Shown here in pieces: positions 14,891 to 29,030 of a DNA stretch of 64,000 nt. Positions within the stretch are counted from its first letter, which is position 1. The number at the start of each line of letters is the position of its first letter. The stretch is from the human T2T-CHM13v2.0 reference genome, Homo sapiens. The stretch lies in NCBI RefSeq assembly GCF_009914755.1, contig NC_060943.1. One strand, 5' to 3'. The notes under the pieces are model-generated. The model made no database searches. It saw nothing but the letters and a program-made list of their open reading frames with translations, and had not been told where the DNA came from. The translations under genes were made by a program, and so were the position numbers.

Positions 14891-16860
14891 GAAAGAAAGA
14901 AAAGAAAGAAAGAAAAGCAAGCAAGCTTTAAAAGTTCATGTTTGGTAGGCTGTACTTCAAGATACACTTTAAAAAAAAAAAGACTCCTTCAGATACAAAC
15001 TAAAAAACACTAGAAAGTAACTCAAAACCACATAAAGAAATAACTCCAGTAAGGATAACTACATAGGTAAATATAAAAGGAATTATCATATTTTTTGTAA
15101 GTCTTTTTAAATATTCTATATGTTTTAAAACAAATGTGTAAAATAATGACTATAAATCTATGTTAATGAAGCATGATGTATAAAGATGTGGTTTGTGAAA
15201 TTACCAACATAAAGAAATTCATAGGAAACTAAATAATAATAGAGATTTTGTATACTATTGAAGTTGTTTCAATTTACTCTAAATTGTTCCAAATTAAGAA
15301 TGTTAATTGTAAATCCCCATGGTAACCACTAAGTTAATATCTTTTGAAAATACAGAAAAGGAAAGCAGAGGGTAAACACAGTGATATGCTACAAAATAGC
15401 AACTAAACACAAAAGAAGGCGATAATTGAGGAAATTAGGAACAAAGGAGGTATAAGACATACAGAAAACAAAAGCAAAATGGTAGGAGTAAGCCCCTCTT
15501 TATCAGTAATTACATTAAATACAAATGAATTAAACTCTCCAATCCAAAGAAAGAGATTGACAGAATGGATTTTTAAAAAATGATCCAACTATATTGTCCA
15601 CAAGATACTCACTTTAGATCAAAATACACAATGAGTTGAAATGAAAGGATGGGAGAAAATATTCCATGTAAGTAATAACCAAAGGAGATCTGAGGCAAAT
15701 ATACTTATATCAGACAAAATAGACTTTAAGTCAAAAACTGTTACAAAATACAAAGAACAGTATATATTGATTTCAAAATTAAACAAGAAGATATAACAAT
15801 TATAAATATATGTACACCAACTAACAGGGCTCCAAAATATATAATGTAACCATTGAGAGAATTAAAGGGAGAGACAGACAATTCCACGAAAATTGTTGGG
15901 CATTTTAAAACCCAACTTTAATAAAGGACAAAACATCCAGAGCAAATATCAAGGGAGGAATTAGAGGATTTGAATAAAACTATAAGCAATAACTATAGAT
16001 AACACTTCTCTCAAAAACTGCAGAATACACATTCTTCTCAAGTGAACATGGAACATTCTCCAGCACAGATGATATGTTAGGCCATAAGATAAGCTCAATA
16101 AACTTAAAAAGATTGAAATCATGCAAAGTATCTTCACTGACCACAATGGAATGAAATAAGATATCAATAACAAAAGAAAAACTAGAAAATTTACAAATAT
16201 TTGGAAATTAAACAACACAGTATTTACCAACCAATGAATCAAAGAACAAATCATGAGGGAAATTAGAAAATGTTTAGAGACGATTGAAAACAAAGATATA
16301 ACAAGATGGGTGTGATATATCAAAAGCAGTGCTCAGAGTTGTAACACCTACATTTTAAAAAAGAAACATGTCAAATCAATAACCAAACTTTACTCAATAA
16401 ACCATAAAAGGAAGAGCAAACAAAATCCAGAGCTAGCAGAAGGAAGGAAATAAAGATTAGAGCAGAGATAAATGAAATTGAGAATTAAAAAATTATACAG
16501 AGATCAACAAAACTAAAAGTTGGTTCTTTTAAAATATCAATAAAATTAATATACTTTTACATAGACTAAGCAAAACATCTCTATTCAGCTGACTTTTTTT
16601 TACAAGGGAGCCAACATTATTCAGTGGGGAATAATAGCTTTTTCAACAAAAAGTGCTGGGAATACTGAATATTCATATGAAAAAAAAATGAAGCTGGACC
16701 CCTACCTCACATTATATACAAAATCTAGATTGGATCAATAATGTAAATATACGAGTGAAAACCATACATGCTTAGAAGAAAACATGGAAATAAAACATTG
16801 CTGTGGATTGGCAATGCATTCTTAGATAATACACCAAAAATACAAGCATGAAACAAACAA
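13650..16860 (+). mobile_element. Old L1M ORF1-ORF2 remnants (interrupted by the GAAA repeat)
   Basis: Degenerate ORF1 (aagaatcagtgaacttga...) and ORF2 EN motifs (tcagacaaaatagactttaag, acattcttctcaagtgaacatggaacattctcc). No long ORF. Confidence 0.65.
14696..14917. repeat. Pure-purine (GAAA)n/(GA)n compound repeat, 222 bp
   Basis: No pyrimidine on the + strand from 14696 to 14917. Confidence 0.95.
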
Positions 16861-18846
16861 ATGTAGCCAAAATGTACCAGAATCTGAAAACATGTATTAT
16901 CTATAAAGAATTAGAGGGGAATTTGGTGAAAGAAATATGGGAGAATGGGATATTGCTCTGTGAATGCTTTTGTGCATAATTGTACATTTTTAATTAAGTT
17001 AATCTTTTACACTCTCAAAGTGTGATATTAAGCAAGCAAAGATAAGTTATTACAAGACTCTAAAACCGAATGCAATGAGAAACAAGTGAATCCAAATATA
17101 TTTCAAATGAATGAATGACATAATCAAACTTAAGGGGAAAATAATAATTAATCTGATTAATTTTTGACTGTTCTCTTATTTCAAATTGACTTTTGAACAT
17201 ACTTTGACTACATACTATTGCTTGAAAAAATAAAATATCTGCAAAAAATTATTAAATCTTCATGATAGGATTTTTTCTTTTTATATTAGTATAAATATAA
17301 CAATTCTGAAACAAATGTATGTGCATTGTAAGATTAAGCCAATGAGTAAATATTAATATATTTGTATTGCTAGAACCCCAGATTCTCACTGTGAAAGGAC
17401 AGAGATACAGATATGGAATAAGACAAGGAAAGAAGCAGCCCACTGAGTTACATTAGAATCAGTATTATCAACATAAATATGCAATGTGCTCTCTCACATG
17501 CTCTTTCCTTCTCTTAAAAAAATATAATATGTACATATTATATATTATATGCATAGACACACGTGTGTCTATACATATCCTATCTATACATATTGAGGAT
17601 TAACAGGTGCTAGTAGAAAATATTAACTTTCTTTGTATTAACAGGTGTTAGTAGAAAGTAGTAGTAGGTGCTAAGATAAAAGCCATAATTAAACCTCCTG
17701 GTGAATGAACACACCATCACCTACAATCTTACCAAAAATAGAACCAAGCACGTGTCCTAGTCAAACCTCTGGATTCAACTGTCATTTGGATAAAACGCAA
17801 AGGATAGTGAAAATGTCGATCTTCACTGAGAGTCTCACCAGCAAATTTCACAGTGTGGACATCAAGTGACAAAAATCCCACATTTTTCAATAAATATATT
17901 GTATGGGAAAGAAAACTTTGAAAAGAAACCTGTATGTTAGAAGGGATTTTAAAAACACGACAAATGAAAACAAATGCGCAAGACTAAATCATAGTGTCTT
18001 GGAATGCATGCATGAAGGACACAGCCGTGAAAATGCAAGGACGCCTCTACTGGAACAGTCACGTTTATCGTCACTTTTCAGGAGAAAGGTGGCTGCAACT
18101 GAGGAGAGTCACATGCAGGACTTCAGGGCTGGCAAAGTCCTATATCTTGACTTATGTGATGATTACAGGGATGTTTACAAAAATCAAACTATAAGTTTGT
18201 TTTGTGCCATGTTTTGTATTGTGTGTGTGTGTTTTGTTTTTCAACTTAAAAATACATAAAATCAAAACCAAGGCTTCATTATCAAGTAGCACAAAGTCTC
18301 CAATCTATAACCTCCTTTGTCTGGATATCTGCATTTAACTACCATTGCCAGAGCTAATCCTGACAATGCATTCATATTTTTAACACTGAAACACAGTAAA
18401 CAGGGAAAATTTTGCTCCTCTAAAACAGGGCATCTTCAGGCAATCAGAACAACTCAGAAAGTTTCTGTCTGTTGCATAAAACTCCCCTGTGCAAAGAGTT
18501 ACACAAAATGCTGTCATAGTAAAGGTAGTTAACTAACGGCACTAATTGTTCTTGGGCAGTGGCCAAGTGGAACTTCAGAGACCTGGCATTGCCAGCCAGA
18601 AATCACTTGTCATGGGAATTGTCTCCTGGAATCACTTTGGTTGTCCCAGGGTAACGCAGGGAAAGTGGTTAATGGGTCACTTGGGGGTGGCATCTTCATC
18701 AGTAAATCACATTTACTTTCTCCTACTAAGAATTTTATTTTTGGCCATGAAGCCAAAAGTCAGCTCTTAAATAACAAGGGAAGCAAATAATCATTGAATA
18801 AAAATAGCAGAAAGAAAAAGCTGTGCAAAGAAATTTATGTTTTTAA

Positions 18847-18910
18847 TTTGTTATATATGTATATTTTTATCATACTTTAAGTTCTAGGGTACATGTGCAC
18901 AATGTGCAGG
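18847..18910 (-). mobile_element. Extremely 5'-truncated L1PA 3' tip
   Basis: atactttaagttctagggtacatgtgcacaatgtgcagg flanked by direct repeat aaatttatgtttttaa at 18831-18846 and 18915-18930. Confidence 0.8.
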
Positions 18911-19839
18911 AATAAAATTTATGTTTTTAAAATTTATTCTACATTATGAATTCTACATTAGAAAAATAAACCATAGCCTCATCACAGGCACTTAAATACA
19001 CTGAAGCTGCCAAAACAATCTATCGTTTTGCCTACGTACTTATCAACTTCCTCATAGCAAACTGGGAGAAAAAAGCAATGGAATGAATAAAATGATAGCC
19101 ACAAAAATCAAGGTGGGAGAAATACTTATTATATGTCCATAAAAAATTTTAATTAATGCAAAGTATTAACACCAATGATTGCAGTAATACAGATCTTACA
19201 AATGATAGTTTTAGTCTGAACAGGACTATCCAAAAGTTAATTTTCTATAGTAACAGTTTTTAAATAAAATATCAATTCCTGAAACACATAAAATGGTCCA
19301 TGAGTATACAACGAGTGAAAAAAAACAAATTCAGAGCAAAGATAAATTAAGAAGTATCTAATATTCAAACATAGTCAAAGAGAGGGAGATTTCTGGATAA
19401 TCACTTAAGCCCATGGTTAAACATAAATGCAAATATGTTAATGTTTACTGAATAACTTATCTGTGCCAAGTGGTGTATTAATGATTCATTTTTATTTTTC
19501 ACTAAATCTTTTCTCTAAAGTTGGTGTAGCCTGCAACTAAATGCAAGAAATCTGACCTAGGACCTGCACTTCTTACCATTTTGCTCATATTTATTCCCTG
19601 TGCATTTTTGTAACATGTATATGTTATATATATAGAAAGAGAGAGAGGCAGAGATGGAAAGTAATTTATGGAGTTTGATGTTATGTCAGGGTAATTACAT
19701 GATTATATAATTAACAGGTTTCTTTTTAAATCAGCTATATCAATAGAAAAATAAATGTAGGAATCAAGAGACTCATTCTGTCCATCTGTGATAGTTCCAT
19801 CATGATACTGCATTGTCAAGTCATTGCTCCAAAAATATG

Positions 19840-20200
19840 GTTTAGCTCAACACTGAGTGACTATAGGAAACCAGAAACCAGGCTGGGCGCTAAAGATGCA
19901 AAGATGAATGAGACATCATCTCTGCCGTCCAAAAGCTTACTGTCTAGTGGGAGAGTTACACACGTAAGGACAGTAATCTAATAAGAGCTAATAAGTGAAA
20001 ACTAAGATAAATTAATAATACAAGATTACAGGGAAGGTTTCCAAAGTCAATGAGGCCTCAAATGAATCTTGAAAGTGTGCAAGGATTAACCAAATGAAGA
20101 AATGTGTAAGTTTTTCAAACAAAAAGGAACAGCATGAGCAAATGCAAGGAGGCCTAAAATAAAGAGATGTGTAAAGAGGTGTAAGCAGCTTTGTGCTACT
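19840..20200 (-). mobile_element. L2 fragment
   Basis: Degenerate L2 3'-region motifs (ccaggctgggcgctaaagatgcaaagatgaatgagaca ... agcttactgtctagtggga). Confidence 0.5.
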
Positions 20201-20341
20201 GCCTGATAATTAGAAGAATATCGGGAGTAACAAGAGCTATAGAAGAGAGTCACAATTATGGAAAAATATTTATTAAATTATAAGAAATTTATAGCATAAG
20301 GAATAGTAGGACCATTAAATGTTTTAATAAAGATGATGCTT

Positions 20342-20619
20342 CTTTTTTTAATATTTATTTTTATTATACTTTAAGTTCTAGGGTACATGTGCACAACGTG
20401 CAGGTTACATATGTATACATGTGCCGTGTTGGTGTGCTGCACCCATTAACTCATCATTTACATTAGGTATGTCTCCTAATGCTATCCCTCCCCCCTCCCC
20501 CAACCCCACAACAGGCCGCGGTGTGTGATATTCCCCTTCCTGTGTCCAAGTGTTCTCATTGTTCAAGTCCCACCTATGAGTGAAAACATGCGGTGTTTGG
20601 TTTTTTGTTCTTGAGATAG
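20342..20619 (-). mobile_element. L1PA 3'UTR, about 280 bp, 5'-truncated
   Basis: Antisense L1 3' end with T-rich tail. TSD agatgatgctt at 20331-20341 and 20618-20628. Confidence 0.88.
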
Positions 20620-21118
20620 ATGATGCTTTAAATTGACCACTCTAGCTGCATTGTGGGAGGAAAAAAAGATTTTAAAACAAGACTAGAAACAGAATAATTA
20701 GAAAAATGCAACTACAATGCAGATGAGTGATTATCAAGGTCTGAACTGAATAGTGGAAATAGAGATAAGGAGGCAAATTCAAGATATGTGCGTGACAGTA
20801 AAATTAACATGACCTAGTGTTTGATTGACTCTGTAAAGTGAAAGGAAAGGATGAATAATCAACAAATAATATTTATTCTACCAAATGCCTCCATGCCGCT
20901 TTGATGACAGGATAATATGTAAGCTTTTCTATATTTCAGAAACTATATGACATGACGAAAAGTAAAAAGGGGATGGGGGTAAGGAGGTATCCTGAATTGA
21001 CTGAGAAATAAGGAGGTATTCCACAGAGAATATAAAAAAACATATACTTAGTGTTCAAGGAATAATAAAAAAGAGAACATCTATGTGTCCACCATACAGG
21101 ATATGAAATAGAACATTT

Positions 21119-21268
21119 GCCGGCCATGGTGGCTCACACCTGTAATCCCAGTACTTTGGGAGGCCGAGGTGGGAGGATCACTTAAGCCCAGGACACAGGT
21201 TGCAGTGAGCCAAGATCACACTATCGTACTCCAGCCTGGGCCACCATGTCTCAGAAAAATAAAAAAAA
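21119..21268 (+). mobile_element. Alu monomer (FRAM/AluJ-like)
   Basis: A single arm with the right-arm gcagtgagccaagatc segment and an A tail. Confidence 0.75.
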
Positions 21269-21309
21269 CTAGATGTCTTGGAGGATTGGAAACAAAATAG
21301 AACTTTACT

Positions 21310-23900
21310 AGTGCCTTAGACGCCCATTGGGTGCTCCTTGCCAATTGTGTTCTCCTTTATTTCCTGCTGGATATGACCACTGTCCTTCCATTGCATTGTA
21401 TGTGTTTTTTAATAGACTTTAATGGTTCTCAAGTGATGCATTATTTAGTTTGGTTCTTTGAAACTTATATAAATGAAATTATTTTGTAGAAGTTCTTTCA
21501 CCTTTATCAGAAGGTACTTTCACCTTGATTCAATAATAAGTTTGCATATTACAACCTTGTTGAATGTTGGTGTAATTCATCCATTCGTATTGCTATATGA
21601 TATTCCACTACATGAATATGTCGGACTTCATTCCTCAGATCTATTGTTGATGAACACTTGAAATTTTTCCAGTTTTTAACCATTACAAACAATGCTGCTA
21701 TGAACATTCTTTTGTAAATCACCTGGTTCATATGTGCAAGATATCCTCTGGGGTATATATTTAAAAGTAAAATTATTGAGTTATTCAACATTACCATGAG
21801 ATGCTACACTATTTTTTTTAACAATCCTACCAATTTACACTTCTACCACGAACAGATAAGCATTACCGTTGGTCTTCATTTGTAGGAACCATATTTGTCT
21901 TTTGCTCTGGGGGCTTTGTTTTGTTTTGCTTTGTTTTTTGCTTAGAAGTGCTTTGGCTATTAGGGATCTTTTTTTGGCTCCATGTGAACTTTAGGATTTT
22001 TTTTTAATTTTGTGAGAAATAACGTTGGTAATTTGATGGGAATTGCATTAACTCTATAGATTGTATGGGTGATATGGTCACTTTAGCTATTGATTTTTCT
22101 AATCCATGAGCATGGGATGTTTTTCCATTTGTTTATGTCATCTATAATTTCTTTCATTAGTATTTTGTAGTTCTCTTTGTAGAGATCTTTCATTTATATA
22201 GTTATGCATTCCTAGGTATTTTTCATGGCTATTGTAAATTCAGTTGAGTTCTTAATTTGGTTCTCAACAAATTAATCTCAACAAACATTCAAACAGCTTG
22301 AATGTATTTGGTGTATAGAAATACAACTGATTTTTGTGGCTTGTTTATCCCAAGACTTTACTGAAGTCGTGTATCAAGTCTAGGAGTCTTCTGAAGACTT
22401 TAGGGTTTTCTAGGCCTACAGTCATGTCATCAGTGAGCAGAGATCATTTGACTTCTTTTCTAATTTGTATACCTTTTATTTCTTTCTCCTTTCTGATAGT
22501 TCTGGCTAGCACTTCCAGTACTGTATTGAATAGGAATGAAGAAGGTGAACATCCTTGCTTTTTTCCAGTTTCTAGAAGCAACACTTCTAACTTTTGCCCA
22601 TCCAGGATGATGTTGGCTGTGGCTTTGTCATAGATGACTCATTTTTTGAGGTATACTCCATCTATACCTATATTGTTGAGGGGTTTTATCATAAACAGAT
22701 GTTGGATTTTATCAAATGCTTATTCTGCATCTAATGAGATGATCATAGGGTTTTTGTTCTCAGTTCCATTTATGTGGTGAATCATGTTTATTGATTTGTC
22801 TATTTTGAACCATTCAAGCACCCCTGGAATAAAGCCCACTTGATCATGATGAATTATCTTTTTGATGTGTTGTTAGCTTCAGTTTGCTAGAATTTTGTTG
22901 AGTATTTTTACATCTGTGTTGATCAGGGATAAGGATTTGTAGTTTTCTTTTGTGTTCTTTTTAAAATTTTCCTTGTTAATTTTACTGCACAGTATTATTT
23001 TAATGATGAATAAAGTGTTGAGCTGGACATGTGTACCTTGTTCCTCGTGTTAGAATGAAACTGTTTAATATGTCATGATTATTTATAATGTTGAGAGTAG
23101 TTTTTGTGTATATATTAAGATATTTACATCAGTTCTCTTCTATTCCTAGTTTGTTATTATTACAAATAGTTTCAAATGTGAACAAGTGCTTTTCCCACAG
23201 CTATTGAAATAACCATATTTTTTTCTTTTATTCAGTTAATGTGGTTAATTTCATTGTTTGGTTTTCTAATTTTAAACCATACATTCTTGAAATTACTGCA
23301 CTTAGTCACGATGTATTTTTCTTTGGAGTATATTGTTGGATTATATTTGCAAACATTTTTGTTTAGAATTATTATGTAGTATATTAGTCTGTAATTTCAT
23401 TTCTTTTAATATCCTTGTATGGTTTTACTATCATGGAGGTACCACCATATAAAACAAGTTGGAAAGTGTTATGTCTTCCCAATTCTCTAAAAATATTCAT
23501 GTAACATTGGCATTATTTCTTTATTAAATATTTGGTAATATTTCTTTATTAAATATTGCATCCACCTAGCCCTGGAGTTCTTTCTACAGGAAAAAAAAAT
23601 TTTCTAAATAAAATTTCTACAATGAAAAAAAAACTACTCAGTTTTTCTAGTTTTTTTCTGATCATTTCATAAAAGTAGGTATTTTTCATAGGAACTTGAC
23701 CATTCCTTATGATTGTCAAATTTATTAATATAAAGTTTCATATTTTATATTTATTTTATCAGATAAATAAAATTATATGTTTTGAAATATATATTCATTG
23801 TAAAATAGCCATGTTAAGCTAACATATGCATTACCTTACATGCTTATCTTTTTTTATGAGAACACTTAAAAATCTACTCTTAGCAATTTTGAAGAATACA
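21310..23900 (-). mobile_element. Mosaic of old antisense L1 fragments (L1ME/L1PB/L1MA)
   Basis: T-rich antisense ORF2 and 3'UTR motifs throughout. Sub-boundaries not resolved. Confidence 0.6.
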
Positions 23901-23907
23901 AGTACAT

Positions 23908-24644
23908 CCCCTATGGAGAACAGTTTGAAGGCTCCTCAAAAAAGTAAAAATAGAGCTACCATGTGGTCCAGCAATCCCACTGCTGCATATATACCCCCCA
24001 AAAAAGAAATCAGTATATCGAAGAGATATCTGCACTCCCGTATTTGTTGCAGCACTATTTTCAATAGCGAAGTTATGGAGTCAACCTAAGTGTCCATCAA
24101 CAGATGAATGAATAAAGAAAATGTGGTACTTATATACAATGAAGTATTATTCAGCCATAAAAAGGAATGAGACCCTGTCATTTGCAACAACATAGATGAA
24201 ACTGGAGGTCATTATGTTAAGTGAAATAAGCCAGGCACAAAAAGACAAATACTATGTGTTATCACTTATATGTGGAATCCAAAAAGCAAACAACTGAACT
24301 CATGGAGATAGAGAGTAGAAGGAAGTATACCAGAGGCTGTGAAGGGTAGTGGGGGTTGGGAGAGGTGGGGGATGGTTAATGGGTACAAAAAAAGAAAGAT
24401 TTAATAAGACCTAGTATTTGATAGCACAACAGGGGGATTGCAGTCTAAAATTCAATTATACATTTAAAAATAACTGAAAGAGTATAATTGGATTGTTTAT
24501 AACACAAATAATAAATGCTTGAGGGGATGAATATCCAATTTTCCATTATGTACTTATTGTACATTGCATGCCTGTACCAAAATATTTCATGTACCCCATA
24601 AATGTGTACACCTGCTATGTACCCACAAAAATTAAATTTAAAAA
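23908..24644 (+). mobile_element. L1MA 3' end nested in an antisense L1MA
   Basis: Sense L1MA ORF2 end and 3'UTR ending ctatgtacccacaaaaattaaatttaaaaa. The host 3'UTR is continuous across it (gcaattttgaagaatacaa | tacattgttatccactatagtcacc). Confidence 0.75.
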
Positions 24645-26620
24645 CAATACATTGTTATCCACTATAGTCACCATATTGCACAATAGATCTGTTGAATTCA
24701 TTCCTCCTGTACAATGCAATTTTGTACCCTTTGACCAACATCTACCCAATCCTCCTGGTAACCATCATTCTACTCTGTACTTCTATGTGTTCAGCCTTCT
24801 TAGACCTCCACATACAAGTGAGATTATGCAGTATCTGGCTTTCTGTGCCTGGATTATTTTACTCAGTATAATGTCCTCCCGGTTCATTCATGTTGTCACA
24901 AATGATACTTTTTTTATTTTTTAAGGTTGTATACTATTCTATTGTGTATGTGTGCCACATTTTCTTCATCCACTCATGTGTCGATGGATACTTAAGTTAA
25001 TTCCACATCTTGGCTGTTGTGAATAATGCTACAATAAATATGGGAGTACAGATAACTCATTGACACACTGATTTGATATCTTTTTAATATATGCCCAGAA
25101 ATAGCATTACTGAATCATATGGTAATTCTATTTTTACAGAATCATTTATACTGTCTTTTACAATGGCTGAAATAGTTTACATTCTCAACAATTACAAGGT
25201 TTTCCTTTTCTCCACATCCTCTCCAACACTTGGTATCTTCTGCCTTTTCTGTAACAGCCATTCTAACGGATGTGAAATGGCATTTTATTGTAGTTTTAAT
25301 ATGCATTTCTCTGATGATCAGTGATAATTAGCATTTTTATATATCTGTTGGCCATTTGTATGTCTTCTTTTGAGAAATGTCTATTTAGATCCTTTGTCAA
25401 TTTTTCATTAGGGTTCCCTGTTTTCTTATTATTGAGTTGTTTGTGTTCCTAAGATATTTTGGACATTAGCCTCTTATCAAATGTATAGTTTGCAGATAAT
25501 TTCTCCCATTTTGTAGGTTATCACTTCACTCTGTTGACTTTCTTTTGCTGTGCAGAAGCTTTTTAGGTTGATGCTATTCCATTTGTGTTTTGTTGCTTTT
25601 CTTGCCTGTGCTTTAGAGTCATATCATAAAATATTATTGCCCAGACCAATGTCTTGGAGTTATTCCCCTGTTTTCTTCTAGGAGTTCTATAGTGCTAGGT
25701 CTTACATTTAAGTCTAACTTATTTTGAATTTATATTTTTATATGGTATGAAATAAGGGCCTAAGATCAATCTTGTGGACATTCAGTTTTCTCAACACCAT
25801 TTTTTGAAGAGACTGTTCTTTCCCCATGTGTGTTCCTGGCACCTTTGTTGAAAGTCAATTGACTATAATATGTAGATTTATTTATGGGCTCTTTATTCTG
25901 TGTAATTGGTCTATGTGTCTGCGTTTATGCCAGTACCATGGTGTTTCGATTGCTATAGCTATGTAGTATAATTTGAAGTCAGGTAATGTGATATCTCCTG
26001 CCTTGCTTTTTTCGATCAAGATTATTTTGGCTTTTCAGAGTTTTTTGTGATTCCATACAGATTTGAGAGTTGTTTTTCTATTTCTGTGGGAAAATGTCAT
26101 AGGAATTTTGATAGAGATTGCATTCAATATGTACATCACTTTGGATAGTATGGACATTTCAAACATATTACTTTTTCCAATCCATGAACATGAGATATCT
26201 TTCCATTTATTTGTGGCTTCTTCAATTGTTTTCATCAATGTTTTGTAGTTTTCAGTGTAAAGATCATTCACCTCTTTGTTTAAATTTACATCTAAGTATT
26301 TTTTGTTGCTATTATAAATAGGATTGTTTTCTTGATTTCTTTTTTTGTATAGTTTGTTGTTGATGTGTAGAAATGCTACCGAATTTTGTATGTTCACATT
26401 GTATCCTGCAACTTTACTAAATTCATTTATGAATTCTAAATTTTTTGGCAGAGTTATTGGTGTTTTCTATATATAAGATCATGTCAACTGCAAACAGAAA
26501 CAATTTAACTTCTTCCTTTCCAATTTTCATGCCTTTTATTTCTTTCTTTTGCCTAATTGCTCTGGCTAGGACATCCAGTACTATGTTGAATAGAAGTTCT
26601 GAGAGTGGGCACCCTTGTAT
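24645..26620 (-). mobile_element. L1MA 3'UTR and ORF2 (host element; its 3' tip lies at about 23780-23907)
   Basis: Minus-strand ORFs 26035..26397 and 26423..26632 translate as diverged ORF2p ([23 protein letters not shown]). Confidence 0.8.
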
Positions 26621-26772
26621 GAAGTTTTCCACAACATCTCTTATCTTTTTATTAGCTATATATTAATACGGATGTTTCTTCTTCATCAGGAGTTTGAAAA
26701 ATATGTCTTTTCTCTATATTGTTCTTAATCAGTCTTCCTAGAAGTATTTCAATTTCAAAAAGTAGCAACAAC

Positions 26773-27253
26773 TGTGGGAGTTCAGTCAGGCTGGTGGGAA
26801 AAATTTTAAAGATAGTTATAAGAAATCGACACAAACCTTCATGGAAGGCTGGGGGTGTTGTATAGCTTCAGTAATAGATCTGAATGAAGGCGGCCTAATC
26901 CTTCCTTGAGTAAATAGCTTAAAGTAGGTGCAAAGGAATGTAAGGGAGTTTATCTAAATAACTTGTTTACTCATGTGGTCCTGAAGCCAACCTTTGATCA
27001 TTCACAGGCAGGATGGCTCTCTCTCGGGGGAGGGTGACCAGGTTAATTACCCTCTATTTGTGTTGACTAAAAGCCCCTGTCATTTAATGTTTTTTCAATA
27101 AATGCTGGCAGGGCTAGCTAGTCAGGGCTCGTGGCTGCCAGAACTCTTTCTGTGCATGGCCCAGCCCCCTAGCGGCTCTTTCACTGAATAATTGGTGTCT
27201 GAGTACATTATTCATCCCTCGTGCAGCTGGGGTCTGCAGGACAGACCCCCACA
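26773..27253 (+). mobile_element. Solo LTR, LTR22-like (HERV-K HML-5)
   Basis: TG...CA termini, 481 bp, internal AATAAA, and 6-bp TSD aacaac at 26767-26772 and 27254-27259. The tgtgggagttcagtcagg start and ggacagacccccaca end resemble LTR22 as recalled. Confidence 0.8.
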
Positions 27254-27294
27254 AACAACAATTTGCAAAAGCAAACTTCCCTGTTTTGTTTTTT

Positions 27295-28328
27295 TCCCAA
27301 GATGATAAATTAGAGGCTTTTAGTGTGCCTCGGCCACTTAGAAATAGCAAGAGAGTGCACAAAGGTCAACTCTGTGAGCTCTAAGTCAAGAAGGAAAATG
27401 GGAATCCACCAGAATCATGAAGGACATCATAGATCCCAAGAAGGAGAATGTGAGCAAACAGTCAACATGACAGCAACCAGCTTATAAAAGTGAGCGAAGT
27501 CCTAGTATGTGAGAGAGGCAGAGAGCCTCCCTCTGTAACTGACATTTTCACTGTGAATCTGAGCAACCCCAGCCAAGTTGTTGCATTTTGTTTCTCCCAA
27601 GGCCTGGAGTCAACATGGGGAGAGGCTTGGAGATGCTGTGAAGCAAAGACACTGGGAACAGCTGCAGACATTTTCCCAGACCAGGAAGTAAGAGCAAGAT
27701 GCCATTTTCAATCTGGATGCATGCAAAGTCAGCTTTTTTTTTTCTTTTTGTGACCCAGCAGAATGCCTGCACAGGCATTTTAGTCTCAGGCCAAAGATTG
27801 GAACAACTGCTTTGGGGCTTGGTAGGGACCTTCACAGCCATATTGTGGAAAACACCTCAGCAGTATGTGCTGGAATTGTGCTTTCCCCCATCGCAGCCTC
27901 GGGGCAACAGAAAAGCTGCTACAGCTGTAATTTCTCCCAGGTGATGAAACTTGCAGCCAGGGCCAGCTTGGAGACCTACAACCAGTCTGCAGGTGTCATT
28001 GCTGGGTGCCCCAGCCTGTTCCCCTGAGAATGTGATACAGCAGGGCTTTCTCTGCTTCACCCCCAGGCAGAAATTCAGGCATTGGAGCACCTGTCTACCT
28101 GGACCAGCATCCTGAGCTACCCCACCGTTTATAAACATAGGTTGTGGTGCAGTGGGGCCCTCTCCAGTCTATGGCCAGGCAGATTTCCAGGTATGTGGAG
28201 TACCCACTTGACTGGATCAGCAGCCTGAGCTTCCCCAACCTTCCTGTGCTGAGATTATAGTGCAGTGAGGCCCTCTCATCTCCACACATAGGCAGACCTC
28301 CAAGCAATTAGAGCACCTGCTCCTATGG
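27295..28328 (+). mobile_element. Probable old L1 5'UTR (L1PB/L1P4-like)
   Basis: Starts with a ccaagatg...attagaggc motif typical of old L1 5' ends and is GC-elevated. Not verified by alignment. Confidence 0.5.
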
Positions 28329-28738
28329 AGAACTTAAATTTACAAGAAAAAAAAAAAACCATCAAAAATTGGCCAAAGGACATGAACAGACAATTCTCAA
28401 AAGAAGACATGGATGTGGCCAACAAACATATGAAAAAAAGCTCAAATCACTGATCATTAGAGAAATGCAACTCAAAACCACAATGAGATACTATCTCAAA
28501 CCAGTCTTAATGGTGATTATCAAAAACTCCAGAAACAACAGTTGCTGGTAAGGCTGTGGAGAAATAGGAATGTTTTTACACTGTTTGTGGGAATGTAAAT
28601 TAGTTCATTCACTGTGGAAGGCAGTGTGAAAATTCCTCAAAGATCTAGAACCAGAAATGCCATTTGCCCCAGCAATCCCTTTACTGGATATATGCCCAAA
28701 GGAATATAAATCATTCTATTATAAAGATACATGCACAG

Positions 28739-29027
<289 letters not shown>

Positions 29028-29030
<3 letters not shown>

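Noticed and set aside
14516-14967. F/L/S-rich and K/E/R-rich ORFs that look like membrane or coiled-coil proteins
   Set aside because: They are translations of the (GAAA)n tract on both strands.
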